Virus record (IMG/VR): IMGVR_UViG_3300025875_000032
Span: 1 to 54,860 of that record
Reading direction: 5' to 3' (one strand)
Length of the DNA stretch: 54,860 nucleotides
Source of the DNA: a virus
Taxonomy: Duplodnaviria; Caudoviricetes
Position numbers and translations under genes: made by a program. The notes beneath the pieces were generated by a model that ran no database searches, was not told where the DNA came from, and saw nothing but the letters and a program-made list of their open reading frames with translations. Positions 45,651-54,282 of the stretch are shown piece by piece. Numbering within the stretch: position 1 is the stretch's first letter; every line of letters begins with the position of its first letter.

Positions 45651-46576
45651 CCGAACGCATCGCCCCCGCCTGCCCGACCCTCGTCGAGTCCCCCGACGAC
45701 CCGACCGCCTCCCTCGTGTGTTTCCTCGGAGAGGGGCACGAGGGCGAGTGGCACTACGACTCGCGCGGGCTCGGCGCCTCGTTCCGCATCGGGGGCAATC
45801 TCGGCGAGGAGGTGACCGTCCGGTTTGGCGTCGGTCCGCAGCAGGCCGACGCCCCGACCGCCCCGAACCTGCCCGTCCCGATCGGCGGACCCGACGGGCA
45901 GCTCGACGCCGACGCCCTCCGCGCCCTCGCGCCGATCCTCCGCCGCGACCTGATCGCCTCCCTCCGGTACGCCGCGACGACGATCCGGCAGGCGCGCGGG
46001 ACGGTCGTCGTCCCCGAGGACACGTACGACCTTGTCCGCCGCGTCGTGTCGGCCGGGGAGTCCCTCCGGTCCGTCGCCGAGGCGTTCTCCGCCGCCGCTG
46101 TCGAGGCGGACGCGATCGCCGGCGAGGAGGCGCTGTCCGTGTCCGGCGCCGAGCTGGACGGGATGCTCCTCGCGTCCCTGTTCGTGCCCGACGGGGCGGG
46201 GCAGCGGATCGCGGTCCGCGCGGACTACGCCTCGGGCTCGTCCGTGTGGGACGTGGACTCCCTGATCGCGTGGGTCGCCGAGCAGACCGTCGCCGACGAG
46301 GGGCGGAAGCCTCCCGCCGCGATGCTCGCACCCGGGGAGGAGCCCGAGGAGGTCCCGGTCTGGACGAACGCCGAGGCAGTGTCCCTCGTCCGCGACGGGA
46401 TCGACCGGCTCCTCGCGCTCGGGAAGTTCTCGCCGGCCGCCCGCGAGGTCGAGCAGCTCCGGAAGCGTCTCGCCGAGCAGCAGCGCGACGCCGACGCCGC
46501 CGTGATCCGGCAGGTCCGCTCCGTCGGACCGCGCACGTACCGGGGCGTGCGCGTGACGCGGGAGGAGGCGAAGTGA
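45647..46576 (+). CDS. hypothetical protein
   Basis: Long coding-like ORF; N-terminal C..C...GH.G.H. Confidence 0.7.
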   Translation: MTERIAPACPTLVESPDDPTASLVCFLGEGHEGEWHYDSRGLGASFRIGGNLGEEVTVRFGVGPQQADAPTAPNLPVPIGGPDGQLDADALRALAPILRRDLIASLRYAATTIRQARGTVVVPEDTYDLVRRVVSAGESLRSVAEAFSAAAVEADAIAGEEALSVSGAELDGMLLASLFVPDGAGQRIAVRADYASGSSVWDVDSLIAWVAEQTVADEGRKPPAAMLAPGEEPEEVPVWTNAEAVSLVRDGIDRLLALGKFSPAAREVEQLRKRLAEQQRDADAAVIRQVRSVGPRTYRGVRVTREEAK

Positions 46577-47052
46577 CCCGCACCGTCACGCCGGCTCCGG
46601 TCCGGTTCGCCCGGCACGTCGACACCTCGGGCGGTCCCGACGCCTGCCACCCGTGGACCCGGGCGCTCAACGCCGACGGGTACGGCGTGTTCGCGCTCGT
46701 CGACGGCCGGACCGTCCTCGCGCACCGGTTCGCGTGGGAACTGGAGAACGACCCGGTCCCCGAGGGCGCGCACGTCGACCACGTCTGCCACAACGGGACG
46801 GGCTGCCCGGGTGGCCCGACCTGTCCGCACCGGCGCTGCTGTAACGGCCGACACCTGGAGCCGACGACGCCGGCGGACAACAACGACCGGTCGCATAACG
46901 CCCTCCAGCACCGGACGCACTGTGCCCGCGAGGGGCACGCGCTGTCCGGCGGGAACGTCTACGTCGACCGGCGGGGGAACCGGTCGTGCCGAGAGTGTCG
47001 CCGTGCCGCGTGGCGCCGGTCGGCCGCGAAGCGCGCCGGGGCGTCGTCGTGA
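46573..47052 (+). CDS. HNH endonuclease (paralog of 44087)
   Basis: Same HNH core; THC.REGH C-terminus. Confidence 0.88.
   Translation: MTRTVTPAPVRFARHVDTSGGPDACHPWTRALNADGYGVFALVDGRTVLAHRFAWELENDPVPEGAHVDHVCHNGTGCPGGPTCPHRRCCNGRHLEPTTPADNNDRSHNALQHRTHCAREGHALSGGNVYVDRRGNRSCRECRRAAWRRSAAKRAGASS
46585..46901 (+). repeat. dispersed imperfect direct repeat, copy 2
   Basis: Matches 44096-44409. Confidence 0.85.
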
Positions 47053-47813
47053 GCACCTCCGCCGCCGAGCTGGCCGCGATCCGGGGCGTCGCCCGTCACC
47101 TCGGCGCCTCGTCCTCGCCGGTCGAGGTCCGCCGCGCCCGCGCGTGGTCGAGCGTGCTCCAGTCGTCCGCCCGGAACCTCGGGCGGTACGTCGAGTTCCT
47201 CCGCGCCGAGGCGGAGGGCCGGCTCCCCGAGGTGAACTCCGGCGACGGGCTCGTCGACGACGGGTACGCCGGGCTCGACGCCGGGCAGGCCGCGACGAGG
47301 TTCGCCTCGATCGCCGCCGCGCTCGCCCTCCGGGGCGAGGACGCCCGGGTCCTCCTGGAGGAGCGCGACCGGTTCGTCGCGCACGTCGACGCCCTGAACG
47401 CCTCCAGGAGCCCGCAGACCGCCCGGGGGGTTGCCGCAGGGTCCCCGGGGGCGAACGGGACCGGCAGGGTCCGGCGTGGGGCGAGGGCGACCTCCTCCGA
47501 CGCCGCGCTCCTCGCGCTCCCGCAGTCCGGGAAGCGACGCCGGCAGGTCCTCGACGCGGTCGCGCAGGTCGCCCGGGACCCGAAGCTCGTCGGGCTGACC
47601 GACCTCCAGATCGCGCAGGCGACCGGGCTCCGGGACAACTCCGTACGGCCGCGCCGCGTCGAGCTGGTCGACGGCGGGTGGCTGGAGCCGGCGACCGGCT
47701 CGGACGGGACCGTCGTCACCCGCGAGCACTACGGGCGCGAGCACACCGTGTGGGTTCTCACGCAACGCGCGGCAGGCGATCCCGAGCTGCTCGCGCAGCT
47801 CGCCCGCGCGTAG
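47049..47813 (+). CDS. protein with C-terminal winged helix
   Basis: TS..A....R.QVL...GLTD.QI...TGL..NSVRPRR.EL...G. Confidence 0.7.
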   Translation: MSTSAAELAAIRGVARHLGASSSPVEVRRARAWSSVLQSSARNLGRYVEFLRAEAEGRLPEVNSGDGLVDDGYAGLDAGQAATRFASIAAALALRGEDARVLLEERDRFVAHVDALNASRSPQTARGVAAGSPGANGTGRVRRGARATSSDAALLALPQSGKRRRQVLDAVAQVARDPKLVGLTDLQIAQATGLRDNSVRPRRVELVDGGWLEPATGSDGTVVTREHYGREHTVWVLTQRAAGDPELLAQLARA

Positions 47814-47829
47814 CGTCCCCCCCTACACA

Positions 47830-47873
47830 CCTCCGGCCCGGACTCTCCCCGAGAGGAGGGTCCGGGCCGGAGG
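47830..47873 (+). terminator. hairpin
   Basis: CCTCCGGCCCGGAC / GTCCGGGCCGGAGG. Confidence 0.65.
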
Positions 47874-47910
47874 CTCGCTGTCCCACGCCTAATGAAACCG
47901 CGAGGTCCAC

Positions 47911-48321
47911 ATGCTACCGAACGAACCCGCTCCCCTGTCGGCCGGACGCCGTGAGCGCCTCGACCCGGCCGCGCAGGTCCACCCGCACGCCGGCCCGCTC
48001 GTGTACTACCTCCGGAACCTCGCCGTCCCCCTCGGCTCCCCGATCAAGATCGGGACGACCGGGAACCTGCCACTCCGCGTCGAGCAGCTCCAGCGACAGA
48101 CCGGGGAGGTCCTCGGTCTGCTCGCGTGGGAGCCCGGCGGGTACCCGGTCGAGCGCGCCCGGCACGAGCGGTTCGCCCGGTCCCGCATCGCCGGGAGTGA
48201 GTGGTTCTGGCAGTCCCTCGACCTCCTCGATCACCTCGCCGCCCTCGGCGCGGCCGGGATCGAGGACTGTCTGCACACGTGCCCGCCGGACTGCCCGACC
48301 CGGACGGAGGTCCGGTCGTGA
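47911..48321 (+). CDS. GIY-YIG / T5orf172-family protein
   Basis: VYY...IKIGTT..L..R...LLA.EPGG...E..RH.RF...R..SEWF. Confidence 0.8.
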   Translation: MLPNEPAPLSAGRRERLDPAAQVHPHAGPLVYYLRNLAVPLGSPIKIGTTGNLPLRVEQLQRQTGEVLGLLAWEPGGYPVERARHERFARSRIAGSEWFWQSLDLLDHLAALGAAGIEDCLHTCPPDCPTRTEVRS

Positions 48322-49133
48322 CCGCAGACGTTCACGCCGAGGACGGGTATTACGCCGTCATCCCCGAGTGGGTTCTCGACTCGGACGTGTCGGCGCAGGC
48401 GATCCGCCTGTACGCCGTGCTCCGCCGCTACGCCGATCAGCGCACCGGGCACGCGCACCCGTCCCGGCGGACCCTCGCTGATCGCCTCCAGGTCGCCGAC
48501 GTAAAGGTCGTCGACCGGGCGCTCGCCGACCTGACCCGGATCGGCGCCGTCACCGTGTACCCGCGCACGGACGACGCCGGCGACCGCTCGTCGAACGGGT
48601 ACGTCCTCCACCGGGCACCCATGCCACAGGGTAGGGGCGCGAACGCCTCCACCCCCCAGGAAAGGCAGGGGGTAGGGGCTCAAACGCCACAACCTAGGGG
48701 CGCTAGGACCCCAACAGGTAGGGGCGTTTCAGCCCCTACGGTGGGGGTCCAAACGGGACAGGAACCACAGCCAGGGAACCACAGCCAGGGAACCACAGAA
48801 CTAACCCTCGTCGAGCTGCCGCTCGACGGAGCCGGCGATCCGTTCGCCGAGTTCTGGAGCGCCTACCCGCGCAAGGTCGGGAAGGTCGCCGCCCGGAAGG
48901 CGTGGACGAGTGCCGTCAAACGGGTCAACCCGGACAAGATCATCGCTGCTGTCCGGGAGTACCCATTCCGAGACGACCTCCAGTACGTCCCGCATCCCGC
49001 GTCGTGGCTCAACGGCGGCCGGTGGGAGGACGACCCGTCGGCCGTCAATCCACACCGGACCGTGACCTCTAGCGCCTACGGTCCCCGGCAGCACATACCG
49101 ACCGACCCCGACGCACATCGAGGAGCGTTCTAG
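48318..49133 (+). CDS. replication initiator (lambda O-like, N-terminal wHTH)
   Basis: A.IPEW......A..LY..L..YAD......PSR..LA; F..FW.AYPRKVGK..A.KAW; PHPASWLN..RW.D. Confidence 0.85.
   Translation: MTADVHAEDGYYAVIPEWVLDSDVSAQAIRLYAVLRRYADQRTGHAHPSRRTLADRLQVADVKVVDRALADLTRIGAVTVYPRTDDAGDRSSNGYVLHRAPMPQGRGANASTPQERQGVGAQTPQPRGARTPTGRGVSAPTVGVQTGQEPQPGNHSQGTTELTLVELPLDGAGDPFAEFWSAYPRKVGKVAARKAWTSAVKRVNPDKIIAAVREYPFRDDLQYVPHPASWLNGGRWEDDPSAVNPHRTVTSSAYGPRQHIPTDPDAHRGAF
48629..48800. repeat. iteron-like repeats, putative replication origin
   Basis: TAGGGGC at 48632, 48673, 48695, 48719; tandem GGAACCACAGCCAG at 48761-48798; atypical codon usage inside the initiator. Confidence 0.75.
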
Positions 49134-49135
49134 CC

Positions 49136-49918
49136 ATGCCCGAGTCCCACGCCGCGAGCCCCGCACCCGAGCACCCGCCCGCCGACGAGGCCGCGCTCGC
49201 CCGCCTCGCCGCCGAGGTCGAGCGACGGAAGCGCGAGCAGCCCGCCGAGCGCCCCGAACCGGAGGTGATCGACTGGCAGGCGCGCGTCGAGCAGATCGCC
49301 GCCCGCTCCCGCCCTGTCCGCGAGCAGGCCGCCCGCGAACGGACCGCCCGGCAGCAGCGGATCGACACGCTCCGCCGCGAGCGGGTCGTCGCCTCGACCC
49401 TCGCGCACCTCGACCGCCGGTTCGGCCGGTTCGACGCCGCCCGCCCGACGAACGCCGCCGTCACCCGCGCCGCGATCGCCCTGTACCGCCGGCAGATCGA
49501 CGGGATCGTGATCCGGGGACCGGTGGGCGTGGGCAAGACTCACGAGGCGGTCGCCGCGTTCCGGTTCCTCGTCGGCGAGCGCGCCATGCTGCCGGCCGTC
49601 GCCGTCGCCGTCCCCGCGTTCCTCGACGGGCTCCGGCCCGGCCGCGTGCCCGTCGAGACGTTGGACGCCGTCGAGGGCGCCCGCCTGCTCCTGCTCGACG
49701 ACCTCGCCGCCGAGCGCGCCTCGGACTGGACCGCCGAGGTCCTGTACCGGGTGATCGACGCCCGGTACGCGCGGCGCCTGCCGACGATCGTCACGACGAA
49801 CGCGACCGGGGACCTGATCCGGGCGAACCTCGGCGAGCGGGTCGCGTCCCGCCTGAACGGGCTCGGGATGGTCGTCACCCTCGACGGGCCGGACCGTCGC
49901 CGCCCCCTCACGGAGTAG
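49136..49918 (+). CDS. DnaC/IstB-like AAA+ helicase loader
   Basis: GPVGVGKT, LLLDDL, ID.RY....TIVTTN, RVASRL, G.DRR. Confidence 0.9.
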   Translation: MPESHAASPAPEHPPADEAALARLAAEVERRKREQPAERPEPEVIDWQARVEQIAARSRPVREQAARERTARQQRIDTLRRERVVASTLAHLDRRFGRFDAARPTNAAVTRAAIALYRRQIDGIVIRGPVGVGKTHEAVAAFRFLVGERAMLPAVAVAVPAFLDGLRPGRVPVETLDAVEGARLLLLDDLAAERASDWTAEVLYRVIDARYARRLPTIVTTNATGDLIRANLGERVASRLNGLGMVVTLDGPDRRRPLTE

Positions 49919-49932
49919 GGGGAGGGTATAGT
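49916..49932 (+). promoter_or_regulatory. 17-mer TAGGGGGAGGGTATAGT (copy 2)
   Basis: Exact match to 1781-1797. Confidence 0.6.
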
Positions 49933-49998
49933 TCGCAGGGCGTCGGGTAGCTCCCCCCGTGGCTGCCCGGCGCCCGCCCACGCCGAACAGGAGAACCC

Positions 49999-50412
49999 GT
50001 GCCCCTCATGCCCGCGCCCGAGCCCCGCCCCGAACCGCTCGCCCGAGCGAAGGCCCGCCTCGCGTACGACGCCCTCGTCCACGCCCGGCAGATCGCCCTC
50101 ACGAACGCCGGCCGGCGCGAGGACGGCGACCTGCTCCAGGCGATCGCGCAGGCGTTCGCCGATCAGGTCGACCGGGAGAACTCGACCCGGGGCATCCTCC
50201 GCGTCGGCGTCCAGGTCGAGTACGTCGACGCGGTCGTCGTCACCGGGAAGGCCGGAGCGGTCGTCGTCGACGCCGACGAGTACGAGGCGACGCCGATCGC
50301 CTGGCACACTCGGGCCGGCGAGGTCGACTCCGTGATCCGGGGGCGTGACCTCGACGGGTACCTCCGCTCCGGCGAGCAGCGGTACGCCGAGCAGCTCGGG
50401 CTCCCGGCGTGA
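49999..50412 (+). CDS. hypothetical protein
   Basis: AGGAG RBS; coding-like. Confidence 0.7.
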   Translation: MPLMPAPEPRPEPLARAKARLAYDALVHARQIALTNAGRREDGDLLQAIAQAFADQVDRENSTRGILRVGVQVEYVDAVVVTGKAGAVVVDADEYEATPIAWHTRAGEVDSVIRGRDLDGYLRSGEQRYAEQLGLPA

Positions 50413-50462
50413 ACGCCGCAACTCCGCTCGCTGACCCTGCCCCCCCGGATAGGTTGCGACTC

Positions 50463-50783
50463 GTGACCGCGATCGCAGTCGAGGAGCCCCCCGCCGTGTC
50501 CGAGCCCGAACCGCTGCCCGCCGTCGAGCCGCCGCCGCTGCCGCTCACCGGCGACGACGAGACGGACGAGCAGCTCGCCCTCATGCGGCAGACGACCGGC
50601 GCGATCCACGAAGCGCAGGACCGCGTCGCCGAGCTGTCCACGGAGCGGAAGCGCCTCGTGTTGGACCTCCGTCGGCGCCGGGTCCTGTTCCGGCACATCG
50701 CGCAGGCCGCGAACTCGACGGAGCAGACTATCCTCAAGATTCACCGCGAGGCGAAGCAGGACGAGGCCGCCGGCCGCCTGTAG
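50463..50783 (+). CDS. HTH DNA-binding protein
   Basis: RK.LV..LR...V.FR.IA.AA..TEQ.I.KI; leaderless after TAGGTT. Confidence 0.65.
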   Translation: MTAIAVEEPPAVSEPEPLPAVEPPPLPLTGDDETDEQLALMRQTTGAIHEAQDRVAELSTERKRLVLDLRRRRVLFRHIAQAANSTEQTILKIHREAKQDEAAGRL

Positions 50784-50835
50784 TGCCCCCTCCCGCGTCT
50801 CCAGGCGTCCCCCCTGCCCCGGGGAGCCTGGAGGC

Positions 50836-51069
50836 GTGGACGAACTCCGAGCGGGGGACCTGACGTGCGAGCACGTCGGGCAGTGCGTGTGCGTCGAGGG
50901 CGACGAGGGGCACGTCGTCGACGAGGAGGTCGAGGGCGTCGTGTGGGGGATACGCCGGTTCGGGGGGCGCTCCGTCGACGTGGTCCTCGACCGCGACCCG
51001 TACGTCGTGAACGTTCCGGACGACCGCCCCGTGACCGTCTCGCCCCCCGTAGAGTGTCCCCCCGTATAG
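50836..51069 (+). CDS. hypothetical protein
   Basis: Coding-like small beta protein. Confidence 0.55.
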   Translation: MDELRAGDLTCEHVGQCVCVEGDEGHVVDEEVEGVVWGIRRFGGRSVDVVLDRDPYVVNVPDDRPVTVSPPVECPPV

Positions 51070-51091
51070 GTCCCACGCCCGAGGAGTCCCG

Positions 51092-52288
51092 ATGCCCGCT
51101 GCTCAACCCTCGCGACCCGGGCGCCGATGCGCCCGCCTCGTGCTCGCCCTGCTCCGCGACGGGCGCACCCGCCCCGACGAGTGGGACCACGCCGAACGGT
51201 CCGCCGTGACCCGCCTCCACTCGTGGGCGTTCCGGCACGGCGCCCGAGCGTGGCCCGCCCTCGCCGAGCGGGTCGAGGAGAACGGGCAGGGCGCCCCCGC
51301 GTCCGCCGACGAGCGCCCGTACCGCTGTCCGACCTGTGGCGTCCGCCTCGCCGAGCCGGTCGAGGTCGGGTTCCCGCAGAACCTCGCGAACGAGGCGCGC
51401 GACGACGACCGGTTCGCCGCCGAGCTGCTGACCGACCTCCAGCGCCTCGGCGACACGTACGGGCCGCTCGGCGTCGCGATCGCCGCCGCATCCCTCACGG
51501 ACCGCCGCGCCCTGATCGCCCTCCTGATCGACGGCCGCACCCGGCAGCCCGTACCCGAGGCGCTCAACCTCGGCGAGGCAGGCGGGACGGAGCCCCTCGA
51601 CGGGCAGATCGCCCGCCTCGCCGGGTGGATCGTCGAGAACGTGCCCGGGGAGCCGTCCCGCTCGGAGGGCGCCGTCGACTGTGCGATCCGCCTCCTCGCA
51701 CAGCGGCGCGTGTACCGCGAGGACGTAGAGGAGTCCGCGAACCGCGCCGAGCAGGAGCACGCCCGCCGGCTCGGCGCCGAGCGCGAGCAGGAGCGCCTCC
51801 GCCGGCAGCTCGCGACCGTGATCGGCGAGCGGGACCGCACGCGGGACGCCCGCGTCGAGGTCGAGGGCGAGCTACGGGACGCCCGCGACCTCGCGCAGCA
51901 GCGCCTCGACGAGGCGAACCGGCTCCGCGACGAGCGCGACGAGGCCCGTCGCCTGTTCGGCTCCGCGAAGCGCCACACGGAGCGGAACGGCGTCGAGCTG
52001 CCCGACCTCCCCCCGGACGCCGAGGAGGTCCGCCGGTTCCTCGGCGTCCCCCGCGAGAACGTCGTCGAGGTGACGCCGCTCCGGGAGGTGACGAGCCCGC
52101 ACCCGATCGAGGAGGACCCGTACCGGCCGCACGCGGACTCGTGGCCCGACGACGGCGTCCTCCTCCGGTACGTGGAACTCCGCCGCCTCGTGTCCCTTCA
52201 CCTGGAGCGGTACGCCGACACCCGGACCGCCCGCGCCATGCTGGAGGGCGACGTGCCCCTCCGCCTCTCCGAGGTCCTCGACCGGTGA
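51092..52288 (+). CDS. hypothetical multi-segment protein with coiled coil
   Basis: GAGGAG RBS; CPTC; coiled coil. Confidence 0.7.
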   Translation: MPAAQPSRPGRRCARLVLALLRDGRTRPDEWDHAERSAVTRLHSWAFRHGARAWPALAERVEENGQGAPASADERPYRCPTCGVRLAEPVEVGFPQNLANEARDDDRFAAELLTDLQRLGDTYGPLGVAIAAASLTDRRALIALLIDGRTRQPVPEALNLGEAGGTEPLDGQIARLAGWIVENVPGEPSRSEGAVDCAIRLLAQRRVYREDVEESANRAEQEHARRLGAEREQERLRRQLATVIGERDRTRDARVEVEGELRDARDLAQQRLDEANRLRDERDEARRLFGSAKRHTERNGVELPDLPPDAEEVRRFLGVPRENVVEVTPLREVTSPHPIEEDPYRPHADSWPDDGVLLRYVELRRLVSLHLERYADTRTARAMLEGDVPLRLSEVLDR

Positions 52289-52497
52289 CCGCCCTCATCA
52301 CCCTGTCCTGTGACCGGATGCGGCACGGGCAGCCCTGCCGGGGCGCCTACCCGACCCGGCAGCGGTCCGACCTCGCCGCCCGCCACGAGGGCGCCGCGAA
52401 CGGGTGGACCTCGACCCTCGTCGACCTGCCCGACGGCGCGCACGCCTACCTCGACACGTGCCCCTCCCCGGGGCACGACGAGGAGGGCACGAGGTGA
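52285..52497 (+). CDS. small Zn-binding-like protein
   Basis: CD...C...A...GW...CP..H. Confidence 0.6.
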   Translation: MTALITLSCDRMRHGQPCRGAYPTRQRSDLAARHEGAANGWTSTLVDLPDGAHAYLDTCPSPGHDEEGTR

Positions 52498-52886
52498 CCG
52501 GGAAGGCCCGCACGACAAACCCGGTCGCCGCGACCGTCCAGGCCGCGACGAGCACGATCCCGGCCGCCGTCCAGGCGATCACGTCCCCGACCGCAGGAGC
52601 ACCCGTGACCACGACGCCCACGCCCACGACCGACCCGGCCGACCGCTGGACCGCCGAGGACCCGGGCCGGCGGACCCGCGTCCGGCTCCGGGGCGCTGCC
52701 CTCGGACGCGTCGAGGTCGTCGCCGAGGACCCGGAGGGCGCGATCCTCGCCGGGCTTGACCGGTCGACCGTGATCGCCCTCGTCGACGCCGCCCGTACAT
52801 GGCTGCTGGAGGACGCCCGAGCCCGCGACGCCGCCGAGCTGGCCGGCACCGTCCAGGACTCCACGACGACCGGCGGGCAGCAGTGA
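52494..52886 (+). CDS. hypothetical protein
   Basis: GTGA-coupled. Confidence 0.6.
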   Translation: MTGKARTTNPVAATVQAATSTIPAAVQAITSPTAGAPVTTTPTPTTDPADRWTAEDPGRRTRVRLRGAALGRVEVVAEDPEGAILAGLDRSTVIALVDAARTWLLEDARARDAAELAGTVQDSTTTGGQQ

Positions 52887-53413
52887 GGCCGCTCCTCCGC
52901 CGGCTCCGCTCCGGCGTCCTCGCCGTCGTCCGGCTCCGCCCCCGCCGCGACCTCCTCGACGACCCGAGGTACGCCGAGCTGATCCGCCGCGACCTCGCCC
53001 GCCGAGCCCGCGAGGTGCAGGCGGAGGCAGCACGGCGACATGACCTCGTCGTCGGCCGCGCCTGGAGCCGCCGGGTCCGCGCCGAGGTCGAGGCGCTGCT
53101 GTCCCCGCCGGCGAAGATCGCCGACCGCGCCGTCGTCTCCGACGGGTACGCGCAGGGACGCGCCGACCTCCAGCTCGTCCACGCCGCCGGGTGGGTCCCC
53201 TGCACCCTCGGCACGATCACCGTGACCCGGCCGCCGATCGGCTCGACCCGCGTCCGGTTCCACGCCGAGCCGCGCGGGCTCGTCGAGGGTTGGCTCCTCG
53301 GGCTCGCCCCCTCGGACGTGTCCCTCGTGTACTACCGGATCGAGGTCGGAACGGTCGACGGTCCCCGCGAGTACGACCTGCCCCTCTCCCACTCGATCGA
53401 GGTCCTCCGGTGA
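52883..53413 (+). CDS. hypothetical protein
   Basis: GTGA-coupled. Confidence 0.6.
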   Translation: MRPLLRRLRSGVLAVVRLRPRRDLLDDPRYAELIRRDLARRAREVQAEAARRHDLVVGRAWSRRVRAEVEALLSPPAKIADRAVVSDGYAQGRADLQLVHAAGWVPCTLGTITVTRPPIGSTRVRFHAEPRGLVEGWLLGLAPSDVSLVYYRIEVGTVDGPREYDLPLSHSIEVLR

Positions 53414-54282
53414 CCGACCCGACGCACCCGTTCTCCGACTCGCGCAGCCCGCACGCGAGCCCGCCCAGCGCCCCGCAGGCGCCCGTCGAGCCCCCCGCCG
53501 GACCCGGGCAGCCGAGCGCCCTCCCGTCGCTCCTGGACCCGCGCACACGCCCCGGCCGCCCGTCGTTGCTCACCGTCGAGACGGCCGACCGGATCGTCGG
53601 CGCGATCGAGCAGGGCTCGTACCTGAAGATCGCCGCGCAGGCCGTTGGCGTCGGACAGTCCACCCTCGCCGGGTGGCTCGCCCGTGGACGCGAGGCGGGC
53701 GCCGTCCGCGACGCCCACGACCCGGAGCACCGGTACTGCCCCGAGTGCGACACGGACCGCGAGGACGAGGTCGCCGCGACCGAGCAGGAGGTCCGCGACG
53801 CCGACGAGCAGCACGAGGCAGACCTCGCCGCGCACCGGACCGCCGTCGAGCAGCTCGTCGACCCGAACGGACCGCAGCCCGCGCCCCCCGTGCATCCCGG
53901 GTACCCGGTCCTCGACCGCTGCCCGACCTGCCGCTCCGACTCGTACCCGCTCCTGTGGACCCTCCCCGAGGAGCACGCCCCGTACCTGGAGTTCCTGGAG
54001 TCCGTCACACGCGCGCAGGCCGTCGCCGAGGTCGACGCGGTCGGCGCCTGGAGGCGAGCGTTCACCGGACACGAGCCGGACTGGCGCGCCGCCCGCGACT
54101 GGCTCGCCCGCACGGCGCCCGAGCGTTGGGCCGGCGTGACCCGCGTCCAGATGACCACGGAGGAGGCGGAGCGGCGGATCGACGACGCCGTGAACGAGGC
54201 GCTCCTCGCCGTCGGGATCGACCTCCCCGGCGTCGACGACGGCGACCCGGACGCCGCCCTCGACGAGGGACTCCTCCCGTGA
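53410..54282 (+). CDS. probable terminase small subunit (HTH)
   Basis: GRP.LLT.E..DRI...I..G.Y...AA...GV...T...WL.RG; Y.EF.E.V.RA.A.AE; DWRAA..WL.R..PE.W. Confidence 0.65.
   Translation: MTDPTHPFSDSRSPHASPPSAPQAPVEPPAGPGQPSALPSLLDPRTRPGRPSLLTVETADRIVGAIEQGSYLKIAAQAVGVGQSTLAGWLARGREAGAVRDAHDPEHRYCPECDTDREDEVAATEQEVRDADEQHEADLAAHRTAVEQLVDPNGPQPAPPVHPGYPVLDRCPTCRSDSYPLLWTLPEEHAPYLEFLESVTRAQAVAEVDAVGAWRRAFTGHEPDWRAARDWLARTAPERWAGVTRVQMTTEEAERRIDDAVNEALLAVGIDLPGVDDGDPDAALDEGLLP

Noticed and set aside
44096-46901. Diversity-generating retroelement TR/VR pair
   Set aside because: No reverse transcriptase; differences are not adenine-specific; both copies are intact HNH genes
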